DNA of 50,516 nt from Rhizaria sp. SCN 62-66 (taxonomy: Eukaryota): NCBI GenBank assembly GCA_001724265.1, contig MEDY01000290.1, positions 1 to 50,516 of the forward strand, in the 5' to 3' direction. The notes under the pieces were generated by a model. The model made no database searches. It was not told where the DNA came from and saw only the letters and a program-made list of their open reading frames with translations. Both the position numbers and the translations under genes were made by a program. Every line of letters begins with the position of its first letter. Position 1 is the first letter of the stretch. Positions 12,901 through 24,900 of the stretch are shown piece by piece.

Positions 12901-15900
12901 AGCGTCGTTGCTGGCACCGCCAGCCGCACGAGCCGTCTCGGCGGCGGCGCGGGGGCGCCCCGCCTCACCGCCGCTGCTGCCGCTGCCGCCGCCGCCGCTG
13001 CCGCCGCCGACGCCGCCGCCGCTGCCGCCGCCGCTGCGGCTGCCTCGACGCCCGCGGCCGCCGCTGCCACCGTCTCTGCCTCGATCTCGACAGCCCTCAC
13101 TTCGCCCTACTTTAGTAACACCGCTAGTGGCGCGAACTGCGCGTTGGGCCCGCTCGCCATCGCGAACAACAGCGCGGCCCTGGCTCTGGCACACGCCGCC
13201 CCTGCCGCCGTTGCCTCTGCGCTCGCCAATCTGTCCAGCGCGCTCGCCGCCACCGCCGCCGCCACCGCGAACGGCGGTGCCCTCGCCGGCGGCGCGAGCG
13301 GCCCGAACTCGATGAGCAGCAGCGGAAACAGCGGCGCGAGCGGCGGCCGCGGTGCCGCTGCGCGCGAGGCCGCGGCCGCCGCGGCCGCCGCGGCCGCGTC
13401 CGCCGCGGCGCAGTCGTCCCAGGACCAGGCCTGGGGCGTTGGCGCGCTCGTGTCCCCTCTGCTCGCGACGCTCCCAGTTCTTTTCGCCCCGCAGTCGACT
13501 GGCGCGACCACCGCGGCGGCGACAACTGCGCTGGCGGCGCTGACGGCGCGCCCGCTGACACCGCTCCGCGCGCTCTGGCTGCAGCGGCTGCGCGCCCTCC
13601 GCAGCGCGCGCGCCGTCTCCCTGGCGGTCCGCGCTGGCGCGCCCGTGGCGGCCGCCGCGGCCGGGCGCTCGATGCTGACGGCGCTGCTGGGCGAGGGCGT
13701 GACGGCCGAGGACGTGGCGCTCATGGCGCTCGCCGCGCCCGCCGCCGCGCCCGAGGACGAGGACGACGTCGCGCTCGCGGCTGCTCTCTCACCCAGCTCA
13801 GCCAGCGTTGCCAACGCTAGCGCGGACGGTGTTGAGGGCGTTGTTGAAGGTGACGCCGTCGCCAAGGCCGCGGTCTCTGCCGCCACGAACGCGATTGGGA
13901 GCACTGCCCAGAGCAATAGTGACGCGAATGCTGCCGAGAGCAAAACCGACGCTAGCGGCAACAGCGGCGCTGCTGGCGCCAGTCAGGACGAGGCGGCCCA
14001 GTTTGCTGCTCTCTTCGACTGCTTCACCATCACGCCCCATCATAGCAGCAGCAACAGCAGCAACTACGGCATCATTAGCGCGGCCGCTCTCGCGGGCGCG
14101 GTGCCGTCTGTGCTGTCGTCGCTGCTGTCGGCGTCGCTCGCGCTCATCAACAACCTCGCCACACTGCGTCGGTCGCGCACACGCGCTGAGCGCGCGGCGG
14201 CGGCCGCCGCCGCCGCGGGCTACGGCGCCGGCGTGCCTTACTGGGTGCCGTCCGAGCTGCTCGCGGTCACCGCACCCGCCGTCGCAGTCATCTCCTCCCC
14301 TCCTTGGCTCCCTCGCACCGCCAACGCCAGCGCCTCAGGCGGCCAGATCCAGAGCGCGAGCGGTGCCGCTGGTGACAAGGCGTGGCAGCAAAACTCGGCG
14401 CACGCCTCCGCGGCGGCCCTGCGCGCGCGCACCAAGGCCGCCGCCGCGCGCGCCGCGGCCCCGCGCCCCGCCCGCCGCTGGCTCGCCGCCGCACCCGCGC
14501 TCGACGCGCCGGGCATCGCGGCGTTGGCGACCTTCACCGCGCGCGCGCTGCTACAGGCGGGCCGCTGGCGCGACGCTGTGCGCCTTTGCCGCGCGCTCGA
14601 CCGCGCCACCGACGGGGCCTTTGCCGCGGCCACGGCGGCCACGGCGGCCGCCGCGCAGCGCGCACTGGCCACGGCCGCGACAGCGCGCGCCGCCAAGGTC
14701 GCTGACTTGCTCGCCGCTGCCCAGGTACGGAGTTGACGCTCAAACGTTTCATTTAATACTTTAATTTCTGTTTTGTTTTTTGTTTTTTGTTTTCTTTTCC
14801 GTGTATACTTTAATGCTATATATTTCAAAACGATTTCTGATTCATATTCACAAACGTTGTTTTTACTTCTCTATTTTGTTTCTATACGCCTTCTACTCAG
14901 GACCGGTTCAAGCAGGCGCTGGGTGCTCTGCGGACCCGCCAGAGCCACCGCCGCAGCGAGGCCCTCCGCCGCGCCGACGAGTCGCTCATCGCGGCGCTCT
15001 CGCACGCTTACGCGCGCGCCCGGCTCCCGCTAGAGTGGGCGCTGGCGCACGCCAAAGCCCGCGAGCAGCACGACGCCGCGCTTGCCGCGCGCGTCGAGCG
15101 CAAGTTAAGCCGCGTGCTGGCCGCCGCGGCGGGCGCGGGCGCGGCGGCGGCGCTGGCGGCGGCGCGCGCTGCGTCGGCGAAGCTCGCCACTGCCATTACG
15201 CTCTCTAGCGCGAGCGCGAGTGCGAACAAGAACACCGCCGGCAAGGGCGGCCGCCGGGCCAGCATTGGCAGCGGCGCCGCGTCTGCCAGCAACGCCAACA
15301 ACGCTTACACGGCCGCTGTGACCGAGTACGAGGCCGCCATCACGGCGCTGCGCGAGGTCCCCCTGGCTGCCGCCGCTGCCTCCGCCGCCGCCGCTACCGC
15401 CGCCGCTGCCAGTGCCGGCGCGGGTGCTACTGCGAGCTCGACCGGTGGCGACAAGGGCCACGACACCGCCGCCGCCGCGCAGGCCAGCGCCGCGACGAGC
15501 GCGAGCCGCGCACAGCTCGTGCTCGCGCTGTTTGAGCTCGGCAACCTGCACCTGCTCGCCGCCTCCGCCGCCGTCGCCGTCCCCCACAACACTGCGAGTG
15601 CGAGCAGCGCCGGCGCGGGCGGCAAGAGCGCGGCCGCGGCCGCGACGGGCGTTGCCGCCGCGGTCTCTGCGTGGAGCGGCGCCGTCGACGCCGTGCTCGC
15701 CATCCCCAGCTGCCTTGCGCCCGCGTCGCTGCCGGACACGCTGCGCGCGCTTGACGGCCAGCCCCCCCGCGCGCGCGCCGACCGCGCGTCGGCTGCGGCG
15801 CTGCGCGCTGGTTTTCCGCCCGCCAGCGACACGGCCGCGGCGGTGACCGTGCGCACCGCGTTCGTGACGGCGCTGGGGCCCTGGGCCGCGATGGCCGCCG

Positions 15901-18900
15901 CCACGGCCGCCGCCAACATCGCGCAGTTCGGCGACCTCACCGAGCCCGCCAATGGCGCCAGTGCAAGTACTCCCTTAGGCGCGGCGCGCCGGGCCGGGTG
16001 CGTCGCAGTTGCGGGCCGCATGTTCCTCGCGCTCGTCGCGTGCCTGACTCCACTACGCACTGCCACGGTCACTGACAGTAACAGTGGAAACAGTTCCATG
16101 GACTTGCGCCGTTGCGCGCGGCTCACCTTGTCGTCGCTCTGGCCGTCGGTCACTTCCCCCGCGGCGGCCCCCGACGCCGCCGTACTCGTCTCGCCCGCGC
16201 TGCTGCGTGCCGCGGTGTACGTTGCGCAGGAGCTGTCGCAACACTCGCCGCAGCCGCTGCTAGCGCTGCCCGCGCTCGCCGTCGCGGACTGTCTCGCGCG
16301 CGCTGGCGTCTCGTCCGCCGCCGCCAGCGCCGCTAGCGCCTCCGGCAGAGTGGCGAGTGTGCGCACCGTGGCCAAGGTTGCTCTGCTGCGCGCGCGCGTG
16401 CTCGTTGGCGCAGGTTTGCTCAGCGACGCCTCGTACTGGCTGCTCACGGTCATGACCGGCGGTGCTGGCCTGCTAGTCACCGGCTCTGGCTCTAGCTCTG
16501 GCTCTGGCTCGGCGCTGCGCGAGCGTGCGACTGCCATTGCGCGCGCTGCTGTGAACAACAGCAACAGCAGCACCGCTAGTGCGATCGCTGGCGCCAACAT
16601 TAGCAGCAACATTGCTACCGCGACCATTGGCGCAGGCTCCAACGCCGGCTCCAGCGCTGGCGCGAGCGGAGGCGCTAGCCCCCCCGTGACCTCGCGTCGC
16701 GCCGCGCACTCCACCGCCGCCGCCGCCAACAGCGACCTTAACAGTGCCGCTTCGGTGCCCAGCAGCGCCGGCAACTGCGCCCCCAGTGCGATCACGCTCG
16801 ACGGGCTGCCGGTCGCGTGGACCGGCGCGAACACAGCCGTCTGCGCTCTCGCCGGCAACACTGCCGCCGACGGCTCTGCAGTCGTCGCTGCTGCTGCTGC
16901 TGCTGCTGCTGCCGCTTGCGACGGCGCTGACTCCGCAAGCTCCACTGGCAGCTGCGCCAGCGCCGCCAGCGGGCTGGGCCTTGGTCTCGGCCTCGGCCTG
17001 GGCTCCCAGGAGCTCGTCGACCTCGTCACCGCCGCCGCCTCTATGCTCGCCCGCTCCAAGCCCCAGACCAGCGCTGAAAAGATCTCTAGCGACAGCAGCA
17101 CCCGCGCCGCTGCGGCTGCCGAGGCTTGCGACGATTGCGGCGACTGCCTCGAGTACGACGACACGCTGCCCGCGTGCAGCGAGCGCAACCGGCCGTTCCT
17201 GCAGCTGCTGATGCTCGGCAGCGTTGACGCCACCGCCGTCGCCGCCGCGGCCTCGGCCACCGTCGTGCCCCAAGCGGACTCCAACTGCGCCGGCAGCGGC
17301 GCCGCTGGCGCGGCCGACGGCGCGAGCATTGCTGTGACGCCGACCGCCGCCTCCGCGAGCGGCAAAGGCTCTAAGGCCGACGCCGCCGCCGCCGCCGCCG
17401 CTGCTGCTGCCGCCGCCGCCGCCGCTGCCGCCGCCGCGAGCGCGTGTGCAAATGCCAACGCCTCTGGCAAGGAGGGCGGTTTCCTCGCCGCCGTCTCCGC
17501 CTCCGCGCTGGCCGCCGCTGCTCCCGACGCGCCGCTGCTGCTGAGTTCGCAGTCGCAGGGCCTCGCCATCGACATCGCACTTGCACTCGCCCAGTCTTCT
17601 CTTAACAGCAGCATTAGCAATAACAACAGCAACGTCAGCGCTGGTTTCGCCAACGGCATCGGCGGCGGCGCGGTGCCGGCCCTCGCGACCGTGGCCTCGC
17701 CCGTGCTGACGCGGTCCGCCACCGCCGCCGCGCTCGCCGCCCTTTCCGCCAACAGCAGCTCCCAGAGCGCCAACGGCACCTACACCGGCGGGAGCGCGGG
17801 CGTGGCGTTGGCGCGCACGTTGTCGCCGTACACGTTCACCGCTGCGCTGCGCAGCGCCGTCGGCGAGTGCAACTGGCTCGAGCTTGCGGCCGTCAAGGCC
17901 GAGTTCACGCTCGCTGCCGCCGCGTCGCTGGCCAACGCCAACGCCGACGCCGGCGTGAGCGCCACCGGCGGCGTCAGCGCGGGCTATGTGGGCGGCGTCG
18001 ACGGCGTCGTCTCGCACAGGGCCGGCTTCGCAACTGCTCACGCGACTGCGAGTGCGAAGGGCGCGATGAGCGTTGCGCGCGCTGCTGAGCGCTGTGACCC
18101 CCTTAGTCCGTGGGACACTTACATCCCGCTTCACGAGGCCGGTCTAAGTACCTCGCTCGCCACAAGTCACTCGAAGGGCCTCGCTGGCAACGTCAACACG
18201 TCCGCGAACGCGTACGTCGGCGGCGCTGCCTCTTTCATCACCGGCGCCACTGCCGAGAATGTAAGTACCTCTGGCGGTGTAAGTGGGTCGTCGTTGGCGC
18301 CATGCGTGTACCTGCCCTGCTCGGCCTGGTGGCCGACGCTCACGACGCTGCTCTGCTCGCCCGCCAGCCCTTCCGGCGCTAGCAGCAGCAACGCCAACGC
18401 TGCGGCAGCCCTCAGCGCCTCTGCCAGTGCCGGATCAGTCTCGCGCCGCCCCACTGGCTCCAGTTCTGGCGCCGCCGCCGCCGCCGCTGCGGCTGCAGCT
18501 GCCGCCAGCGCCAGCGCCGCTGCGGCCGGCGGTGCCCCCAAGACACCCACCATCGCCGCCGGCCGCGGCGCTCGCTCCAGCACCACCGCCGGCGCGAGTC
18601 TGGCCGCCGCCAGCCAGCCGCAGCCGACGCAGACCGGGGTCTGCAGCGGCGGCGCCGTCGCGGGCGTCGTCCCCGGCGGCGCGCTGTACAGCCCGCAGCA
18701 GGTTCGGCAACTGCTTGCGCTGTCGGCCGAGCGCCAGCTCCGCGCGCTGGCCACGCTCGCGGCCGCCGTCGCCAAGGCCGGCGGCGACGTGGCTCTCGGC
18801 CTGGCCTTCCGCCGGGGCGCGCACGCCGCCGCGACTTACGCGACTGCGGAGCTGGGCTGGGATGTAAGTACCCTTCTGGCGACGTCGCCGGGCGTGGCGG

Positions 18901-21900
18901 GTAAGTGGGGCGATGTAAGTGTCTACCGCGGCGCTGTAAGCTCGTACACCACGCCCGCCGCGGCGGCCAGCGCGAGCAGCTCCGCCGTCGTCGTTTCCAC
19001 TGCGACTGGCAGCGCGTCGCGCAATAGCTCCCGCGCCGCCGCCGCCGCTGCCGCTGCTGCTTCTGGCTCTGCGTCTGCTGCTGCTTCTGGCAGTAGCAGC
19101 GCGCGCCCGCTGTCGCCGCGCACCGCCGCCCTCGCCGCCGCTGCGGCCGCCGCGGCCGCTGCGGCGGCGGCCGCTGCCTCGACCAGCGCGCAGGGCCTGT
19201 TTGTGTTTACGCAGCCGCACACGCTGGCCACGGAGGTGTTCCTGCTCTCCGGCGGCTACCAGCTGCAGGCGCACGACTCGCGCCTCCACTATAAGCACTC
19301 TGGCGACGCGGGCGCCACTGCGAACGCGGTGGACACGGCGTCGCTCGTGGAGCCCGTGGCCGCCGCGGCGGCCGCGCTGGCCAGCGCCGAGCGCAAGCTC
19401 TCGCTGTTTTCCCTGCCCGCCACCGCCGAGGAGGAAGCGGCCCGCCTCGCTTCGACCGGCGCCAACGCCGGCCACAGCGGCGGCGCTAGCGCGGGGCAGA
19501 CGCTGCCGGTGAACAACGGCGCCACGGGCGTTGCCGGCGCACTCCCGGGCACGCTTCTCGCGCTGCTGTCCACGCCTGCGTACGCGCTGCACCTGCTCTC
19601 GCACTCGCGCAGCAGTGCCAACACTGCGAGTGCGATCACCAGCACCAGTGTCGCTTCGACTGCTGGCGCTGGGGCGAGCAACACCCCTGCGAGCCCTATG
19701 GGCGCCGCTGCCGGCCGCTTCCACTCCGTGACCATCAACGTCAACGCCGCCAGCAGCGCAGCTGCGCCCAACTCAACCGCTGCTCCGGCCGCGACGACTG
19801 CGAGCTCTGCGAGCATCGTGAAGAGCGCGCTGGCGCTGCCGACGGCGCCGCTGCCGACGGACGCGGTGACGCTGCTGCCCGCCTCGGCCGCCACGCTGGT
19901 CGCGCTGCTCTCGTCGCCCGTCACGGCCACCTTCCCACTGCCCGGCATCCCCGCCCTCAGCGCGCCCGCCGCGGCGAGCACCGGCCTCTACAGCAGCGCG
20001 CTTGTCGACGCCGCTCTCGGCGTGGCGCCCGCCGCCGCTCCCGCCGCCGCTGTCACCGCGGGCTCTGCGTACCTGGCCGATGTGCTGCTCACGGTCCTCC
20101 CGGCCCCTGCCGCCGCCGCCACGGCCGCCGCGGCGTTGCTGCCTCGCTGCCACGCGCTGCTGGCGCAGGCGCACCTCGCGCTGGGCTCGGCCCCGCTCGC
20201 CGCCGCGGCCCTACGTGCCGCCGCCGCATCCGCCGCGGCCGCCGCCGCCGTGCTGCCCTCGCCGGCCGAGCTCGCGGCCGTCGCTGTCGCGGGCGCCGAA
20301 CGCGAGTTCGCGCTCTTCGCTGCGCTCAAGCGCGAGGCCGCGGTTGCCGAGCACTGCAACAGCAACGCCACTGCCGCTGCCGCCGCGGTCGCCGCCGCCG
20401 CGGCCGCTGCGGAGGCTGAGGCCGGCGCCGTCGCCGTGCCTCCGTCGCCGTCCAGCGCGGGCGCCGCCTCGGGTCTGCAGCCACAATCGCAGAGGCACTT
20501 CGCCGTCCCCGCGCGCGGCGCCGCTGCTGCTGCCGCCGCCGCCGCCGCTGCCGCCGCCGAGAGCGCCAGCGCCGCTGCCACCGCTGCCGCCGCGGCCGCC
20601 GCGCTGCCTTCCCCGGCCGAGCTCGCCGCCATCGTCGCTACCGTGCCCGCGACGCTGCCTGCCTCTGTGCTGTCGTCCGTCGCGAGCGCTAGCGCCGCAG
20701 GCGCGGGCGCCGCGAGCGCGGGCGTGGGTGAGTTGGTGACCATGGCCGCGGTCGCAGCTACGAGCGACAGCAGCGTCGACGAGGACGGCACGACTGCGCT
20801 TACCAACGCTAACAGCACCCGCACGTCTTCGAGTGCTTCGACTGCGATCAGCTCCGGCGGCAGCGTCGGCGACGCGCGCGTGTGGATCGCCGCGCAGATC
20901 GCGCTCGCGGAGACCCTCCTCCGCCAGCAACGCGGCAAGGGCCCCTCTAGCGCTGCCTCTTTTTCCGCGTCCACTGCTGCTGCTCCAGCATCCTCCGCGG
21001 TGGCGATGGCGGCGAAGCATTGCGCCGCGGCGCGCGCCGGCCTCGCGCTGTGTCCGTGCCCCGTGCTGTTGCTGCGCCTGTTCGCCCTCGAGGACGCCCT
21101 GCTGCACCACACCGCCCCACAGAGTGCGACTGCGCAGCTGCTGGCGCGCGTCGTCGTGCTGGACGCGTGGTGCGGGCTCTGCGAGACAGCCCCGCTGCCG
21201 CTTTTCATGGCGCAGCAGCTTTACGCTCACCTTACCGAGACCGTTGCCGCGATCAACGCCACGCTGTGCCCCACCGCCACCGCCAACGTCAACTCTAGCT
21301 CTAGCAGCGTCACGCTGCCGTACGGCTTCGTCGACCCCGTGAGCGCCAGCGCCGCGACGGGCAGCAGCGGCGGCAGCGCGCAGTCGCCGCTGTCGCTGTC
21401 ACCGTTGCTCTGGCGCACCCCAGCCATGGCGGGCTACATCACTGCCGTCGTCGCCGCGGCCACTCGTGCCGCGCCCGCCGTGTTCAGTGTCACACCGGCC
21501 TCCGGCGCCGCCGCCGCGGGGAGCCCCGTCGCCGCGGCGGTGACGGCGGCGGGGACGCGCCTCGCCACGCGGGCCGTTGCGTGGCTCGCCGACGTGCTGG
21601 CTGCCACTGGCCTCGCGCATTCACTCAACAACAACAGCGCTCGTAATGCTGCTTCTAAGTCTCTTGTTGATGTTAGCAAGTCTCGCTGCTCTAGCAACGG
21701 ACTCACCGTGGTCACTCCACTCTTGCCCGGCCACTCGCGCGCTCTCGCTCCTGCCTTTGCCGCCGCGTCCGCGCTCGCACTCGCGCTCTCGCTTGCCGCT
21801 GCGTCATCCGCTAGCGACTTCACTTCGACTCAGGGCGGCTTGACTTTCGCGGCCCAGCGCGCGAACCTCGCGTTCGCCCAGCGCAACAGCGGCGGCGTCA

Positions 21901-24900
21901 CCAATGCCGTTGCCGCATCCGCCACGGCGAGCGCGCTCTCGCTGGCCCTGTCGGCGGCACGCCTGCTGCCGGTCGCCGGCTGCAGCGACCCGCTGTCGCT
22001 GGCGCGCGCGCACTGGGCCGTGCTGGCCGCGACCTGGGTCACCGCACTCACGGTTGCGCCCACCGTCACCGCGTCGACGAACATCTCCACTGCAGCGAGC
22101 GCAAATAGCAAGGTCGTCGGCGTTGCGCCCATGATCACGCAGGCCGCGCACGTCGCCGCCGCTGCGCTGGCCGCCGCCCGCGCCGCCGCGACCGCCGCCG
22201 CCTCCATCTCGGTCTCCGCCGCCGCCTACGCCGCGGCGCTGGCCCCCGCCGCGCCCGCGCACGCCGCGTTCGGCCTCGGCGCCGCCCACGCCGCCGCGCG
22301 CGCCAGCCTCCGCGCCCGCGCCGCCGCCTGCGCCGCTATGAGCAGCCTCAGCAGCGTCAACAGCGGCAACAGCGCGAATGCCGAGGCTGTGGCGCTGCGG
22401 CGGAGCGCGGCCCGCGGCGCCGCCGCCGCCGTGGTCGCGGCCGCGGTCGCGGGGCAGAAGCACCGGTTCCTTACGAGCGTGTTGCCGGCGGCGCTGGCGG
22501 GCGAGCGGCCCAGCGTTGCCGCGCTACTACCGCTGCTGGCGCTGGGCGCCACGCCCGAGGCCGGGCTCTACATCGCGCAAATCGCCGCCGTCGCCAACAG
22601 CAACGGCGTTGCCGCTGCTGTCGCGGACGAGAGCGATCTGGGGACGAACCCCGCGTCCGTCTCGGCCTCGGCCGCGGCCGCGCTGTCATCGCCGGCGCTG
22701 CTGCAGCTGCCACTGCAGTCGTCGCTGCTGGGCGCGCGGCCCCCCGCCGCGGCCGCGCAGGCCCGCGCTGCCCGCCTCTGCGCGCTGCCGCTGCTCGCCA
22801 CGGGCCACCACGCGTCCTTCGCCGCCGCCGCCGCCGCCGCCCCCGCGCCCTCGAGCAGCAGCGCGAGCGGCAGCGCGCCTGTGGGCAGGATGAGCGCGAG
22901 TGTAAATGCGCCCGCGCCCGGCGCCAAGTCGGGCCGCGCTGGCGCTGGCTCCAACAACGCCACCGGCACCGCTAACGCTGCTGGCGCGAGCGCGAGCGCG
23001 AGTGCGAATGCGGGTACGAACGCCGGGGGCCGTCGCGTCACCGCTGCGGCAGCGGCGGAGGCTGCTGCTGCGGCCGCCGCTGCCGCCGCCGCCGAGGCTG
23101 CCGCCGCCGCACCGCCGCGCCCGCGCTCTCTGTTCGCGTACAGCAGCAACATCAGCCCCAAGGGCGTGATCTCCGATGATGAGGCCGACAAGGCCTCCGC
23201 GGTGCTCGTTGCCGCTGCGCTGGCCACCGGTGGCGCGGCCTTGTCCGCCGCCGGCGCCGCCGCAGCGGCCATTACGCTTGACGCCTTCAGCAGCAACAGC
23301 AAGAGTAAGAGCAACAGCAGCGTTAACGCTACGGCGAGTACGAGCAGCGCTTGCTCTAGCCCCATCGCTGGCGCCTCTGCTGCCTCCGCTGTCGCTGGCG
23401 CAACAGCCCCCGGCACTGCCTCCAGTGGTGTCCGTCTGAGCCCCGCTGCGGCTGCGGTGCAGGCGCCCCCCATGCCACGCTTCCTTCGCCTGTACCTGCT
23501 CGACCAGCACCGGGCGCGCTCCAGCCGCCGCGCGCGCGCGCTCGCACGCGGGCTGCTGCGCTACAACAACAATAATGGCGCCGGTAACGCGGCAGAGACT
23601 TATGACGACAACGAGGGCTATGTCAGCGTCGGCAACAACATTAACGCTTCTGCTAACGACAGCGGCAATGCTAGCAGCTCTAACGCCAACGCTAACGTTG
23701 TTGAGGACCCATTCTCCCCTGTGGCGATGGTGACCGCGCTCAACGCGCTCTGCGCTAGTCTGCCTGCCGCCGCCGCTACTATGGGCGAGGCGGGGGTTGT
23801 GGCCCTGATCGCGGCGCTGCACACGCAGCTCGCCCACGCCGTCGGCCTTTACGGGGCTATATGCGCAAGCCAGCCTCTGTTTGCTTCGCTTGCGACCGCG
23901 TTCACGACGATCAACTCCAGCACGAGCTCCCGTGGCAACGGCGCGAGTGCCGCCACAGTCGCGGGCGGGTGGCCGACGCTGGTGACCGTCAGCGACGCGT
24001 GGAGCTCCGCCGCCGCCGCCGCCGGTCTAAGTACCCCCTTAACCGGCTCCGCGCTGTCCTCGGCGCAGGCGCACGCCGTCGCCGCCGCCGCTGCCTTCAA
24101 CGGCCTTGGCCCCACCGTGGCCGCCCGCAACAGCGGTGACGCCAGCGCTGGCGTTGATTTGGGGCAGCTGCAGGCACTCGCCGTGTCTGCTGCGCTGTCG
24201 ATTGGCGCGCTGCCCGTCGCTTCGCCCTCAGTGGCCTTCTCCCACGCCAGCAGCAGCAACAGTGCCGCAGTGGCGGCGTACAGCGCTCCTGTCTTCAGCG
24301 CCCCCGCCGCGCAGTCCAGCTCGAGCAAGTCTGCCGCCGCCGCCGCCTCGAGCGCCAGCGCGGGCGCTGTTGTCATTAGCTCTACTGCGACCACAGCTGC
24401 CGCTAGCGCTGGCGCCGGCGCAGTGTCCGCATCTGCGCTGCAGTCGCAGCCCGCATGCGCCGTGTACGCGACGTGGGACGACCCCGCGGTGCTCACGGTC
24501 ACCGCCGCGCCCCTGCCCACCTGGGCCACCGTCGCCGCGCCCGCGCTCACGGTTACTGGCGCGAACTCTGCCGGTAACACGATCAGTGCGACGACGACGA
24601 CGACGGCCGATCTGGTCGAGCTCTTCCTCGCGCTGTCGCCGTCGAGCAACATCGGCAGCGCCAGTGCTGGCGGTGTAAGTACCCCCTTAGCGCTCGACAG
24701 CGAGCCGCTGGTCTTCTCCAAGCGCGTCTCGCGCGCGCACGTGCAGATCCTGCACGGCGACCTCGCGGCCTTCCGTGTGCGCCTGGGCGCCACGCTCGCC
24801 GCCCACGGCGCGCTCCTCGCCAAGGCCGCCGCCGACTACAGCCCCAACCCTAATAACAGCAGCAGCTTTGCGCTGCCTATGCCTAGCTTCGCGGCGGTTG

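Noticed and set aside
15305-17779. 824-aa antisense ORF and many other long antisense or alternate-frame ORFs (e.g. 29921-31642, 16473-18134)
   Set aside because: Shadows of GC-rich GCN/AGC-biased coding sequence with few TTA/CTA/TCA codons; no recognisable domains.
24675-24690. GTAAGTACCCCCTTAG (and GTAAGTACCCCCTCAG at 40453-40468) as 16-nt tiny GT-AG introns
   Set aside because: Removal would frameshift ORFs that are already open; in CPSF1, conserved motifs flank the site in the same frame. Sister copies begin CTAAG or lie antisense.
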